Part shown: positions 25,101 to 37,304 of the stretch, in pieces
How the letters are laid out: each line of letters begins with the position of its first letter
Numbering within the stretch: position 1 is the first letter of the stretch
Assembly (NCBI GenBank): GCA_964016885.1
Contig: OZ024755.1
Coordinates: 42,098,001-42,162,000, forward strand
Reading direction: 5' to 3'
Length of the DNA: 64,000 bases
From: Eledone cirrhosa
Taxonomy: Eukaryota
The notes under the pieces: model-generated
Told to the model about the DNA's origin: nothing
What the model saw: the letters and a program-made list of their open reading frames with translations, nothing else
The model's database searches: none
Made by a program: the position numbers and the translations under genes

Positions 25101-28100
25101 GGGCAGCATTGTTTTGGAGAGAGTAATATTGTGTAGGAGAGGGTAGCAGTGTATTGGATAAGGCACCAGTGTGTTGGAGAGGGCAGCAGTGTATTGGAGA
25201 GGCTAGCAGTGTGTTGGAGAGGGCAGCAGTTATGTTGGAGAGGGCAGCAGTGTATTGGAGAGGGCAGTAGTGTGTTGGAGAGTGTAGCAGTGTGTTGGAG
25301 ATGGCAGGGCTGTTTTGGAGAGGGTAGCAGAATGTTGGAGGGGGCAGCAGTTGTGTTGGAGAGGGCAGCAGTGTGTTTGAGAGGGAATACTGGTGTGTTG
25401 GAGAGTGCAGCAGTGGGTTGGAGAGGTCAGCAGTTATGTTGGAGAGGGTAGCAGTGTTTTGGAGAGGAAATACTGGTGTGTTGGAGAGGGCAGCATTGTT
25501 TTGGAGAGAGTAATATTGTGTAGGAGAGGGTAGCAGAGTGTTGGAGAGGGCAGCAGTTGTGTTGGAGAGGGCAGCAGTGTGTTGGAGAGGGCAGTAATGT
25601 GTTCTAGAGGGCAGCAGTGTGTTGGAGAGCGCAGTAATGTGTTGTAGAGGGCAGCAGTGTGTTGGAGAGCGCAGTAGTGTTTTGGAGAGGGCAGCAGTGT
25701 GTTGAAGAAGGTAGTACTGTGTTGGAGAGGGCAGTAGTGTGTTTGAGAGGGCAGTAGTGTGTTGGAGAGGGAATTAGTGTGTTGGAGAGGGCAGCAGTGT
25801 GTTGGAGACGGGATTAGTGTGTTGGAGAAGGCAGCAGTGTGTTGGAGAGGACAGTAGTTTGTTGGAGAGGGCAGTTGTTGTATTAGAGAAGGCAGCAGTA
25901 TGTTGGAGAGGGCAGCAGTGCGGTGGAGAGGGCAGTAGTGTGTTGGAGAGGGTAGCAGTGTGTTGGAGAGGGCAGTAGTGTGTTGGGGAGGGCAGCAGTG
26001 TGTTGGAGAGGGCAGTAGTGTCTTGGAGAGGGCAGCAGTGTGTTGGTGAGGGCAGTAGTTTGTTGGAGAGGGTAGCAGTTGTTGGAGAGGGTAGCAGTGT
26101 GTTGGCGAGAGCAGCAGTGGGTTGGAGAGGGCAGTAGTGTGTTCGAGAAGGTAGCAGTGTGTTGGAGAGGGCAGTAGTGTGTTGGAGAGTGCAGTAACGT
26201 GTTGGAGAGGGGAGTAGTGTGTTGGAGAGGGCAACAGTGTGTTGGAGAGTGTAGCAGAGTCTTGGAGAGGGCAGCAGTTGTGTTAGAGAGGGCAGCAGTG
26301 TGTTAGAGAGGGCAGCAGTGTGTTGGAGAGGGCAACAGTGTGTTGGAGAGGGTAGCAGGATGTTGGAGAGGGCAGTAGTGTTTTGGAGAGGGCAGCAGTT
26401 GTATTAGAGAGGACAGCAGTGTATTGGAGAGGGCAGTTGTGTGTTGGAGAGGGCAGCAGTGTGTTGGAGAGGGCAGCAGTGTGTTGGAGCGGGAATATTG
26501 GTGTTTTGGAGAGGGCAGCAGTGTGTTGGAGAGGGCAGTAGTGTGTTGGAGAGGGCAGCAGTGTGTTGGAGAGGGCAGTATTGTGTTGGAGACGGCAGCA
26601 GTGTGTTGGAGAGGCTAGCAGAGTGTTGGAGAGGACAGCAGTTGTATTACAGAGGGCAGCAATGTGTTGGAGAGGGCAGTAGTGAGTTGGAGAGGGTAGC
26701 AATATGTTGGAGAGGGCAGCAGTTATGTTGGAGAGGGCAGAAGTGTATTGTAGAGGGCAGCAGAGTTTTGGAGAGGGCAGTAATGTGTTGGAGAGGGTAG
26801 CAGTGTGTTGGAGATGGCAGGACGGTTTTGGAGAGGGTAGCAGAATTTTGGAGAGGGTAGCAGTTGTGTTGGAGAGGGCAGCAGTGTGTTGGAGAGGGCA
26901 GCAATGTGTTGGAGAGGGCAGTAATGAGTAGAAGAGGGTAGCAATGTGTTGGAGAGGGCAGCAGTGTATTGGAGAGGGCAGCAGAGTGTTGGAGAGGGCA
27001 GTAATGTGTTGGAGAGGGTAGCAGTGTGTTGGAGATGGCAGGACGGTTTTGGAGAGGGTAGCAGAATTTTGGAGAGGGTAGCAGTTGTGTTGGAGAGGGC
27101 AGAAATGTGTTGAAGAGGGCTGCAGTGTGTTGGAGAGGGAATAATGGTATGTTGGAGAGGGCAGCAGTGTGTTGGAGAGGGCAATAGTGTGTTGCTGAGG
27201 GCAGCAATGTGTTGGAGAGGGCAGTATTGTGTTTGAGAGGGAAGCAGTGTGTTGGAGAGGGCAGGACTGTATTGGAGAGGGCAGCAGTGTGTTGGAGAGG
27301 GCAGCAGTGTATTGGAGAGAGTAGCAGTGTGTTGGAGAGGACAGCAGTTATGTTGAAGACGGCAGCAGTGTATTGGACAGGGGAGCAGTGTGTTGGAGAG
27401 GGCAGCAGAGTGTTGGAGAGGGCACTAGTGTGTTGGTGAGGGCAGCAGTGTATTGGAGAGGGCAGTAGTGTGTTGAAGAGGGCAGCAGTGTGTTGGTGAG
27501 TGCAGCAGTGTGTTGGAGAGTATACTGGTGTGTTGGAGAGGGCAGTATTGATTTGGAGAAGGCAGCAATGTGTTGGAGAGTGTAGCAGTGTGTTGGAGAG
27601 GGTAGCAGTGTGTTGGAGAGGGTAGCAGTGTGTTGGAGAGGGAAGCAGTCTGTTGGAGAGGGCAGCACTGTATTGGAGAGGGCAGTAGTGTGTTGGAGAT
27701 GGCAGCAGTGTGTTGGAGAGGGCAGCAGTATGTTGGAGAGGCCCAGCAGTGTCTTGGAGCGGGTAGCAGTGTGTTGGAGAGGTCAGCAGTTGTGTTGGAG
27801 AGGGTAGCAGGATGTTGGAGAGGGCAGTAGTGTTTTGGAGAGGGCAGCAGTTGTATTAGGGAGGGCAGCAGTCTTTTGGAGAGGGCAGTAATGTGTTGGA
27901 GATGGCAGTATTGAGTTGGAGAGGGCAGCAGTGTGTTGGAGAGTGTAGCAGTGTGTTGGAGAGGGCATCAATGTGTTGAAGAGGGCAGCAGTGTGTTGGA
28001 GAGAGAATACTGGTGTGTTTCATGGGGAAGCAGTGTGTTGGAGAGGGCAGTAGTGTGTTGGAGAGGGCAGTAGTGTGTTGGAGACGGCAGCAGTGTGTTG

Positions 28101-29638
28101 GAGAGGGTAGCAGTGTGTTGGAGAGGGCAGCAGTTGTATTAGAGAGGGCAGCATTGTGTTGGAGAAGGCAGTAGTGTGTTGGAGAAGGCAGTAGTGTGTT
28201 GGAGAGGGCTGCAGTGTGTTGGGGAGGGGAGTAGTGAGTTGGAGAGGGCAGCAGTGTGTTGGAGAGGGCAGCAGTGTGTTGGAGAGGGCAGCTGTGTATT
28301 GGAGAGTGTAGCAGTGTGTTGCAGAGTGCAGCAGTTATGTTGGAGAGGGCAGCACTGTATTGGAGAGGGCAGCAGTGTATTGGAGAGGGCAGCAGAGTGT
28401 TGGAGAGGGCAGCAGTTGTGTTGGAGAGGGCAGCAATGTGTTGAAGAGGGCAGCAATGTGTTGAAGAGGGCAGCAGTGTGTTGGAGTGGGAATACTGGTG
28501 TGTTGGAGAGTGCAACAGTGGGTTGGAGAGGGAATAATGGTGTTTTGGAGAAGGCAGTTGTGTGTTGGAGTGGGCAGTAGTGTGTTGGAGAGGGCAGCAG
28601 TGTGTTTGAGAGGGCAGGACTGTATTGGAAGGGCAGCAGTGTGTTGGAGAGGGTTGCAGTGTGTTGGAGAGGGTAGCAGTGTGTTGGAGAGGGTAGCAGT
28701 GTGTTGGAGAGGGCAGCAGTGTGTTGGAGTGGGCAGCAGTTATGTTGGAGAGGGTAGCAGTGTGTTGGAGAGGGCAGCAGTTATGTTGGAGAGGGCAGTA
28801 GTGTATTGGAGAGGGTAGCAATGTGTTGGAGAGGGCAGCAGAGTGTTGGAGAGGGTAGCAGTGTGTTGGTTAGGGCAGCAGTGTGTTGGAGAGGGTAGCA
28901 GAGTGTTGGAGAGGTTAGCAGAATGTTGGAGAGGGCAGCAGTTGTGTTGGAGAGTGAATATTGGTGCGTAGGAGAGGGCAGCAGTGTGTTGGAGAGGGCA
29001 GTAGTGTGTTGGAGAGGGCACCAGTGTGTTGAAGAGGGTAACAGTGTGTTGGAGAGGGTAGCAGTGTGTTGGAGAGGGCAGCAGTGTGTTGGATAGGGCA
29101 GCAGTGTGTTGGAGAGGGCAGTAGTGCGTTGGAGAGGGCAGTAGTGCGTTGGAGAGGGCAGCAGTGCGTTGGAGAGGTGCAGCACTGTCTTGGAGAGGGT
29201 AGCAGTGTGTTGGAGAGGGCAGCAGTTGTGTTGGAGAGGGCAGTAGTGTGTTGGAGAGGGCAGCATTGTGTTGGAGAGAGCAGTAGTGTGTTGGAGAGGG
29301 CAGTAGTGTGTTGGAGAGGGCAGCAGTGTGTTGGAGAGGGCAGTAGTGTGTTGGATAGGGCAGCAGTGTGTTGGAGAGGGCAGCACTGTGGTGTAGAGGG
29401 TAGCAGTGTATTGGAGAGGGCAGCAGTGTGTTTGAGAGGGTAGCAGTGTTTTGGAGAGGGCAGCAGTGTGTTGGAGAGGGCATTAGTGTGTTGGATAGGG
29501 CAGCAGTGTGTTTGAGAGGGCAGCACTGTGGTGTAGAGGGTAGCAGTGTATTGGAGAGGGCAGCAGTGTGTTTGAGAGGGTAGCAGTGTTTTGGAGAGGG
29601 TAGCAGTGTGTTGGAGAGGGCAGCAATGTGTTTGAGAG
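7170..29638. repeat. 22.5-kb satellite array, about 20-bp unit GCAG(C/T)AGTGTGTTGGAGAGG, with kb-scale higher-order duplications
   Basis: Roughly 1,100 diverged units with 19-23 bp variants; near-identical spurious ORFs recur at offsets 1570, 2442 and about 2058 bp. Confidence 0.98.
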
Positions 29639-30679
29639 CTAATCCCAGCTACTACTGTCACATGTTCAGCTGAGTAAACTTGAGGAACATGAAATGAGAC
29701 TCTAAGATCATGACATCCTGCCTAGCCACTTGATCTCTTTTACATTATAGCAACATGCAACAAAAGCAGCCATAGTAAGGAAAAGAAAGAGAAATGATCT
29801 CCTCATCTACGTCTGAAAACAATTCCATTTTCTATTAAAGATCTGACAATATTGAAATATAAGCTGTTAAACAGGGATCTTTTAATGACTTAATAAGAAA
29901 AGGGAGAAACGCACCTATCACTGTCTCTACTCTCTTTCTTGCTCCACCCCAGACCAGTACCTTCTTTTTAAAGGTCTGTTTCTTATTTCATCAGACTGAT
30001 AAAATATATGACCTAAACAAAGTGTACTAATTGTTAAGTGGTAGTATATATATGATGTTGTTGGGCCTCCATTGGCTCCAACGACGGGTGTTACAGTTGT
30101 ATATAACACACACACAAATACATACATATGTTGTGTGTGTGTGTGCGTATTTGTGTGTCCATAGACGGTGATTCGGATGGTATACCCTTCCAGAACCAAG
30201 ATAGTCAAGAAGAGGACCCTGAATGCCTATGAAGCTGCTCCTCAAAAGAAACATCAGAGCTCACTCAAATTGTGAGCCCTTCCCGATCCAGGACCTGAAT
30301 AAGATCTTCTTTCGCCTTGGAAAGTTTCTCTCGAAATCTCAGACTACCAGACCATTGTTTGCTATACGGACAACATGGCACCTCTTTTATTAATGTCATA
30401 ATGTCAACTTCCTAATTATACCCTACAATTGACTGGCGTCCTGTCCAAGGGCAGTGTAGTTCTCTCAGTCAGTTCACGCCACAGAAGCTGGGATGAGCAC
30501 CGGCTGCCTGAGGAGCCTGAAGACTGGAGACTAAGATGCTGGAATGTTATGTACATTGATAGCTAGGGTAGCATCTACTGAGATATCGTTCAGCAAACTA
30601 AAGCTCATAAGAAGCATGATGACACAACGAAGGTCGAATGATTTAGTCATTCTTAGTATTATGAAGACTTATTACGTAG

Positions 30680-30830
30680 CTTGGTAATTAGAAAATTGTA
30701 TTTGATATTGTGAAGTTGTGAGTTCGATTCCCGGATTGGGCGATGCGTTTTATCCTTGAGCAAGACACTTTATTTCACGTTGCTCTCTCTGCCAGAAGTT
30801 GCGACCTGTAGATAATATCAGCAATGAGAA
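30680..30830 (+). mobile_element. CORE-type SINE 5' part
   Basis: GTGAGTTCGATTCCCGGATTGGGCGATGCG...TCCTTGAGCAAGACACTTTATTTCACG. Confidence 0.75.
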
Positions 30831-31384
30831 CATTCTTTCCATGGTCTACTTTGACGGGTTCCACCCCACTTGGTATATGAGTGAGGTCTGGGACCTTATC
30901 GAGCGGTTCCTAGTATTATTAAATAATTTGCAGGAATTTTGACTTATTCATGGAATTAACGTGTAAGTGGCTGAGCATTCCACAGATTCGTGAACACTTA
31001 ACGTAATTATCAGGGAGTTTGTCTCTTTGAATTAAAGTCACAGTCAATCTGACAAGCTTCTAAACAGTTTCTGTCTACCCAATTTCACTGCTAAGGTTTG
31101 GGTCAATCTGAAGTAGTAAATGATAGTTGTCCAAGACAACATTTAGTGGAATCAAGCCCTGAACATAATGATTGCGAAGCGAAGTCCTTAACCTTTCGGC
31201 AATATGGCGTCCACAGCGAGGAGGACAGATATTTGGGGAGAAAGTTGATTGACCCCAGAACTCCATTGCTTCTTCATTTTAGAGACCCCGGAATGATGAC
31301 AGGTAAAGTTTAGTTGGGTGGGATTTGAACTCAGAACATAAAAAGTTGTAATACTATCAAACACTAAATTGAGATGCATTATTT

Positions 31385-31545
31385 CGGACGCCATGCTTTC
31401 CAGCATAGTTACGTCCCTTTACGATCTGAGTTCAAATCCCGCCGAGGTTGACTTTGCCTTTCATCCTTACGGGGTCGATAAAATAAAGTACCAGTAATGC
31501 ACTGGGTAATTGCTGGCCTTGTGCCTAAAGTAGAAACAATTATTT
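31385..31545 (+). mobile_element. tRNA-derived SINE
   Basis: Same family as 6345 and 34800. Confidence 0.85.
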
Positions 31546-31656
31546 ACAGGCCTAATCTTTTTATATATTTCGTATTAAAAAAAATTCCGAGAATACAGTG
31601 GACGAATTCAATTAGATATTTTTTCATAGTATTTTGAGTGATACATCCGTGTATAA

Positions 31657-31687
<31 letters not shown>

Positions 31688-31754
31688 TTATATATATATA
31701 TATATATATATCCTTCTTTCTCTTTCTCTCTCTCTAATATATATATATATATAT

Positions 31755-31822
31755 CTACTACCCTAAGTATTGAGTACTCTGGTGCGTTATGGTCCATCTG
31801 GTTCCTTACCACAATTCCTTCG

Positions 31823-31825
<3 letters not shown>
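31755..31825. mobile_element. Second copy of the short (TA)n-embedded element, inverted relative to 3242-3312
   Basis: Shared peptide artefact [21 protein letters not shown] in both ORF tracks; (TA)n on both sides. Confidence 0.7.
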
Positions 31826-31865
<40 letters not shown>

Positions 31866-31904
31866 TTAGCACCATTTATCAAAACACAAATACTCAGACA
31901 TTCA

Positions 31905-33715
31905 TATAGATACACCAGGGCAGCAAGCAGCTGACCATCACTCCCATACTCCTACAGAACCTTCCACAGCAGGTCCCGAGGAACGCGGTCATATGCCTTT
32001 TCAAGGTCGACAGTACAAGAATATACTTCTTGGTAATACTCCCACGATTTCTCAAAGACCTCCGAGAAGTGAACCACACTGTTCATCGGCTAGCTTAGGC
32101 TCGATAATCTCCCTACATCTCTTTGCCAGACACTTAGCATAGACTGGGGAGGCTTAACCAGGAGATCTCTCAGAAATTGGAACAATCACTTATGTTTCAA
32201 TTTTTTAAAATTGGGATTATACTCCTCCTTGCCATTGCTTGGGTGCCTTTCCAGAGATCCAGGCCACCCGATACACACAAGTCAGCTAGAGAATACCTTC
32301 TCTATATAAGGCTTTTAGCATCTCGGGCCGGATTTCATCTTCCCCAGCGGCCTTGTCACATTTGAGCTCTTTGACTGCTCTTGTGACCTCAGCCTCTGAG
32401 AGATTAGTCCCTGCTCCCAGCTGCACCTGGTGTACATCAGAAGATGTTGTGATCGGGTTTAGGAGATCGGCAGAATATTCTTTCCACCTCGTAGGGATGC
32501 ACCGCTCAGAAGAGAAGAGAGCCCCAGACGCGTTCTTGATAGCAGGTGTAGAGGAGGGCTCTTTATTACGATGGTCGGCGGCTGATCTGCCAGAACACTT
32601 TATTTGCTGATCTGATTCCAGCTTAACCCCAAAGTCCTCCTATGTCTTAACTTTGGACGTTTTTACTGTATCTGCTGCGATTTTTCGTGCCTGCTTGTAC
32701 CGCAAGTGCAAGAATGAGGAATTATTTCCAAGCCAAGCTTTGTAGGCCTCCTTCTTTGACCTCTTGATTGAGCCAAGGGGCCTTCCTACCATCCGGTGCC
32801 ACTCCAAGCCTCTTTCGCTCGGAGTATTTAACGGCTGAAAGAAAAGCTGCTGAGCTGAACAATCTCCACTCTGTCTCAACATCCTCGGTTTGCTCAGAGA
32901 GTTCTCTGAATTTGGATGCAATAGTATCTGCATTCTAGTCCTGACTTCCTTATCCACCAATGCTTGCCATTCAATGTCGGACTCCGCCAAGGGTGTGTAC
33001 TGTTACCTCTCCTATTCATTATTTACATGACACTCGCAGTCGGGTTAGAAGCGATATCATGACGGGTGGAATTTGCAGACGACATGGTGTTACTTAACTT
33101 GACAGAAGATGAACTTCGACTTGATAGGTTTGATGCCGAGTGTTGCATGACTGGAATGAAAATCAGTGCTGTGAAAACTGGGACACTCGTCCTCTCAAGG
33201 AAGCCTGCGCAGTGCACTCTACATGTGAATGGCGTTCCACTGAAGCAGGTAGAGAAATTCAGTGATGGAAGGCAGGAGGCTGAATTAAGTGCAAGAATTA
33301 CAAAACCTGCTGCAGTAATGTGCCAGCTTCAGCATTCAGTAATCTGAAGAAGTGAGGTAGGTGTAAAAGCCAAACTCAAGATCTTCAATGCGGTATTCGT
33401 GCCAACCCTTACCTATGGTCACGAAAGAAGGGTCTTTGGAGTATCTTTAGTCGATACAGTGCGTAACTCGGAGATCAGAGAGTCACTCCAGGTAGAGCTG
33501 CTTCTTCTCCGAATTGAGAGATCACAGATCCGATACTATAGGCATGGGGTTAGAATGTCTCGAGAAAGAATCGCTGGACAAATTTTACGAGCAAGACCAA
33601 CCGGCAGGAGACCCAGGGGTAGACCATGAGCAAGATAGTTGGATAACATCCATGAGCTTGGCTGGTCACGCTTGGGGTTCCAACCGGATCAATTGGAGAT
33701 TGAATAAGTGGGCGA
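31905..33715. mobile_element. Degenerate RTE-clade LINE with 5' inversion (minus segment about 31905-32985, plus segment about 32985-33715)
   Basis: Minus: VDLEKAYDRVPRDLLWKVL*EYG (RT); plus: RQGCVLLPLLFIIYM, EFADDMVLL, PTLTYGHE, RPTGRRPRGRP; many stops and frameshifts. Confidence 0.85.
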
Positions 33716-33773
33716 AGGAGGAGAGATATATATGTATGTATTTATGTATATATGTGCATGTATGTATATATAT

Positions 33774-33856
<83 letters not shown>

Positions 33857-34699
33857 GTATTAGTTCTTACTAAAGCAGACGATCCCTAGTTTCATCCAAT
33901 TGTTATATTTAATACAAGTAAAACCAATTGTCCATCATCATGTCCCTGCTATTTACAAATGTGAGATATAGGTTGGTGACGTTTAACTCAACCCCATCTT
34001 TGATCGAGCAGAAACATAATCAATGGCAGTGTAGATACCGTCTGCAATTTGATTGAGATGGCCTGGCCATAGGCTCGCCATTAGATCTGGCTTCCTGGCA
34101 CCCACGTTCATTTCATTTTCATTTTCATCTTCTTTAAGTTCCCTTAAGTTTCATTATATTGTTGATCATGCCTCAAGCTTTTCTATATCAACGCCCCAGG
34201 CGGTGGCTTAGTGATTAAAGTATTGGAATCACAAATGCTCGATTCCTGAAGTGATGCGGTGTATCCTTGAGCAAAATACTTTATTTCAATTTGCTCTTTC
34301 TGCTAGTTATTGCCACCAGCAACTATAGTATCAGCAGAAAGATCATCGGCTACTTTCTTTTTTCACCGCGGTACATTATAATTTAAGAGAAATTTTGGCT
34401 GCTGTTTCTAGCATATCTACTGACCTTATAGATCAGGGGTGGAGAATCTGCGGCTCTCTAGCCTAACTCGAGTTGTTCTTTGGTGCTCTGATTAGGTGTC
34501 AGGAACCTGCGATTCTCAAATTGCTCTTAGGCACTCTGAATCTTAAATCTGCAATTTTGTATTAAAATAAAAACCATCTCTTATGACCGAGGCATTGAAC
34601 TAATTTCAGATAAGATTCAAAACCAAAAAAATTCGTGTTTTCTTCTGTGTATTTTTGTTTATAAATTATGCGGTTCAAATAGTTTCTATTATTAGTGTA

Positions 34700-35105
34700 A
34701 ACGGGGTCGGTAAATAAAGTACCAGTAACGCACTGGGGCCGATTTATTCGACTTTCCACTTTCCCAAAAAATTGTTGGCCTCGTGTGGTGGATTGGCAAA
34801 GGGGCGGTGAATTGGCAGTATCGGTAGAGGGTCAGACGCCATGCTTTGACGCATAGAGTTATGGCCCTTGCCATTCTGAGTTCAAATCCCACCGAGGTTA
34901 ACTTTGCCTTTCATCCTTATGGGGTCGATAAAATAAAGTACCAGTAATACACTGGGTATTTGCTGGCCTTGTGCCAAAAGTAGAAACAATTATTTAAGGG
35001 CAGTGGATTGGCAGTATCGGTAGAGCGTTCGACACTATGCTTCAGGGCATAGAGTTACGTCCCTTTACGCTCTGAGTTCAAATCCCGCCGATGTTAGCTT
35101 TGCGA
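34700..35105 (+). mobile_element. Tandem cluster of three SINE copies (partial, full 34800-34995, partial)
   Basis: Repeated GGATTGGCAG heads, GAGTTCAAATCCC and GTCGATAAAATAAAGTACCAG. Confidence 0.85.
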
Positions 35106-35465
35106 CGGTGAAAAGACCTCTACGATGAAATATCACGCCATGGCTCTCTATCTAAGCTGAAGACAGAGAAGAGACAAATAAAATCCTGGGAGGACAAGGA
35201 CTGGACTGCTCACTACAACAAGACCCTTCTATACAGAATACAGTGTATAGTATACACGACGGACACTAGTGACCAGCGATGAATGAATCCGTCTAAAGTG
35301 GCTCCTAAACGACTGGCAACAGGACTTGTGAGACTTGACGAGGATAATAATAGAGATGACTAACTTTAGTATCAACATCGGTGGGAAATTCCCATCAATT
35401 AGCCTGATAACACTTGATAGAGAATAACTTGACCTGCTAAATATAGCAACTGACGACCAGGTCAA

Positions 35466-36270
35466 ACTGACCTGCTAGATATAGCAGCCAAGTCTAGTGT
35501 GTAACCTGACCTGCTAGATATAGCAGCCAAGTCTAGTGTGTAACCTGACCTGCTAGATATAGCAGCCATGTCTAGTGTGTCACCCGACCTGCTAGATATA
35601 GCAGCCAGGTCTAGTGTGTAACCTGACCTGCTAGATATAGCAGCCAGGTCTAGTGTGTAACCTGACCTGCTAGATATAGCAGCCAAGTCTAGTGTGTAAC
35701 CTGACCTGCTAGATATAGCAGCCATGTCTAGTGTGTCACCCGACCTGCTAGATATAGCAGCCAGGTCTAGTGTGTAACCTGACCTGCTAGATATAGCAGC
35801 CAGGTCTAGTGTGTAACCTGACCTGCTAGATATAGCAGCCAAGTCTAGTGTGTAACCTGACCTGCTAGATATAGCAGCCATGTCTAGTGTGTCACCCGAC
35901 CTGCTAGATATAGCAGCCAGGTCTAGTGTGTAACCTGACCTGCTAGATATAGCAGCCAGGTCTAGTGTGTAACCTGACCTGCTAGATATAGCAGCCATGT
36001 CTAGTGTGTCACCCGACCTGCTAGATATAGCAGCCAAGTCTAGTGTGTAACCTGACCTGCTAGATATAGCAGCCAGGTCTAGTGTGTAACCTGACCTGCT
36101 AGATATAGCAGCCAAGTCTAGTGTGTAACCTGACCTGCTAGATATAGCAGCCATGTCTAGTGTGTCACCCGACCTGCTAGATATAGCAGCCAGGTCTAGT
36201 GTGTCACCTGACCTGCTAGATATAGCAGCCAAGGCTAGAGTCACCTGACCTGCTAGATATAGCAGCCAAG
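35466..36270. repeat. 39-bp minisatellite, about 20 units
   Basis: CTGACCTGCTAGATATAGCAGCCA(A/G/T)GTCTAGTGTGTAAC; internal hairpin CTGCTA-gata-TAGCAG. Confidence 0.97.
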
Positions 36271-36390
36271 TCACGTGGCTTATGATCACGTGGCGTCACG
36301 TGGCGTGCCTCAACAAAACACTTTCCACTCACCTTGAAAAACTGTGTTATATCTAATTCAATTACTTGTGCGTTAATTTCCAGAATAGGG

Positions 36391-36674
36391 AACCACTCCA
36401 CCATTCTATCTGACGTTCTAACCACTCTACCATTCTATCTGACGTTCTAACCACTCTACCATTCTATCTGACCTTCTAACCACCCTACCATTCTATCTGA
36501 CGTTCTAACCACTCTACCATTCTATCTGACCTTCTAACCACTCTACCATTCTATCTGACGTTCTAACCACTCTGCCATTCTATCTGACGTTCTAACCACT
36601 TTACCATACTATCTGACGTTCTAACCACTCTACCATTCTATCTGACCTTCTAACCACTCTACCATTCTATCTGA
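36391..36674. repeat. 29-bp minisatellite, about 10 units
   Basis: ACCACTCTACCATTCTATCTGACGTTCTA; last unit resumes at 36907 after an insertion. Confidence 0.95.
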
Positions 36675-36906
36675 GTGAATATGGCGAAAATGGCCCGAGG
36701 TTGAGGAAGATAAACAGAGGGAAGACGGGAACACCTACAAAACCTGTTCCTGGTGTTGAGGGTGTAAAACAACCCTGCAGTAACGTTCCCCCCTATTGGG
36801 GATTTCAATTGTTATTTTATTATATATTGTTATTTATTAATGTTAAAGTTATATGATTTTTATGTAAAACCCCCGCCGTCACGCCCTTGTGGCAAATAAA
36901 GAAAGA
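36675..36906 (+). mobile_element. 5'-truncated non-LTR retrotransposon 3' end with 7-bp target-site duplication
   Basis: TATCTGA at 36668-36674 and 36907-36913; ends AAATAAAGAAAGA. Confidence 0.7.
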
Positions 36907-36977
36907 TATCTGACGTTCTAACAATTCGCCGCCTATCTAAATTGTTGGTCTTTGCCTGAATTATAAATCATTATCAA

Positions 36978-37172
36978 GTGGTGGATTGGCAGTATCGGTA
37001 GAGGGACGGGTGCTATGTTTTATAGGAAATAGAGTTACGGCCCTTTGCATTCTGAGTTCAATCAACGGCGAGGTTGACTTTGCCTTTCATCCTTACTGTG
37101 TTGATAAAATAAAGTACCAGTAATGCACTGGGGTAATTGCTGGCCTTGTGCCAAAAGTAGAAACAATTATTT
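36978..37172 (+). mobile_element. Full-length tRNA-derived SINE
   Basis: Same family as 34800-34995. Confidence 0.88.
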
Positions 37173-37217
37173 AGCTGGTGTTTGGAGCATAATTTAACAA
37201 AGTTTCTTACATAAATT

Positions 37218-37304
37218 TGTGACTGAAGCTATGTGACTGAAGCTATGTGACTGAAGCTATGTGACTGAAGCTATGTGACTGAAGCTATGTGACTGAAGCT
37301 ATGT
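37218..37304. repeat. 14-bp tandem repeat, 6 copies
   Basis: TGTGACTGAAGCTA. Confidence 0.97.

Noticed and set aside
7135-29661. Dozens of 60-550 aa ORFs (LLPSPTHCCPLQHTAALSNT and VLERAAVCWRGQQCVGEGSS repeats)
   Set aside because: Translations of a 20-bp satellite in all frames, with constant frameshifting by 19-23 bp variants and no unique domain
34800-34890. tRNA genes
   Set aside because: The A- and B-box-like motifs belong to SINE heads; no cloverleaf, and each continues into the SINE body
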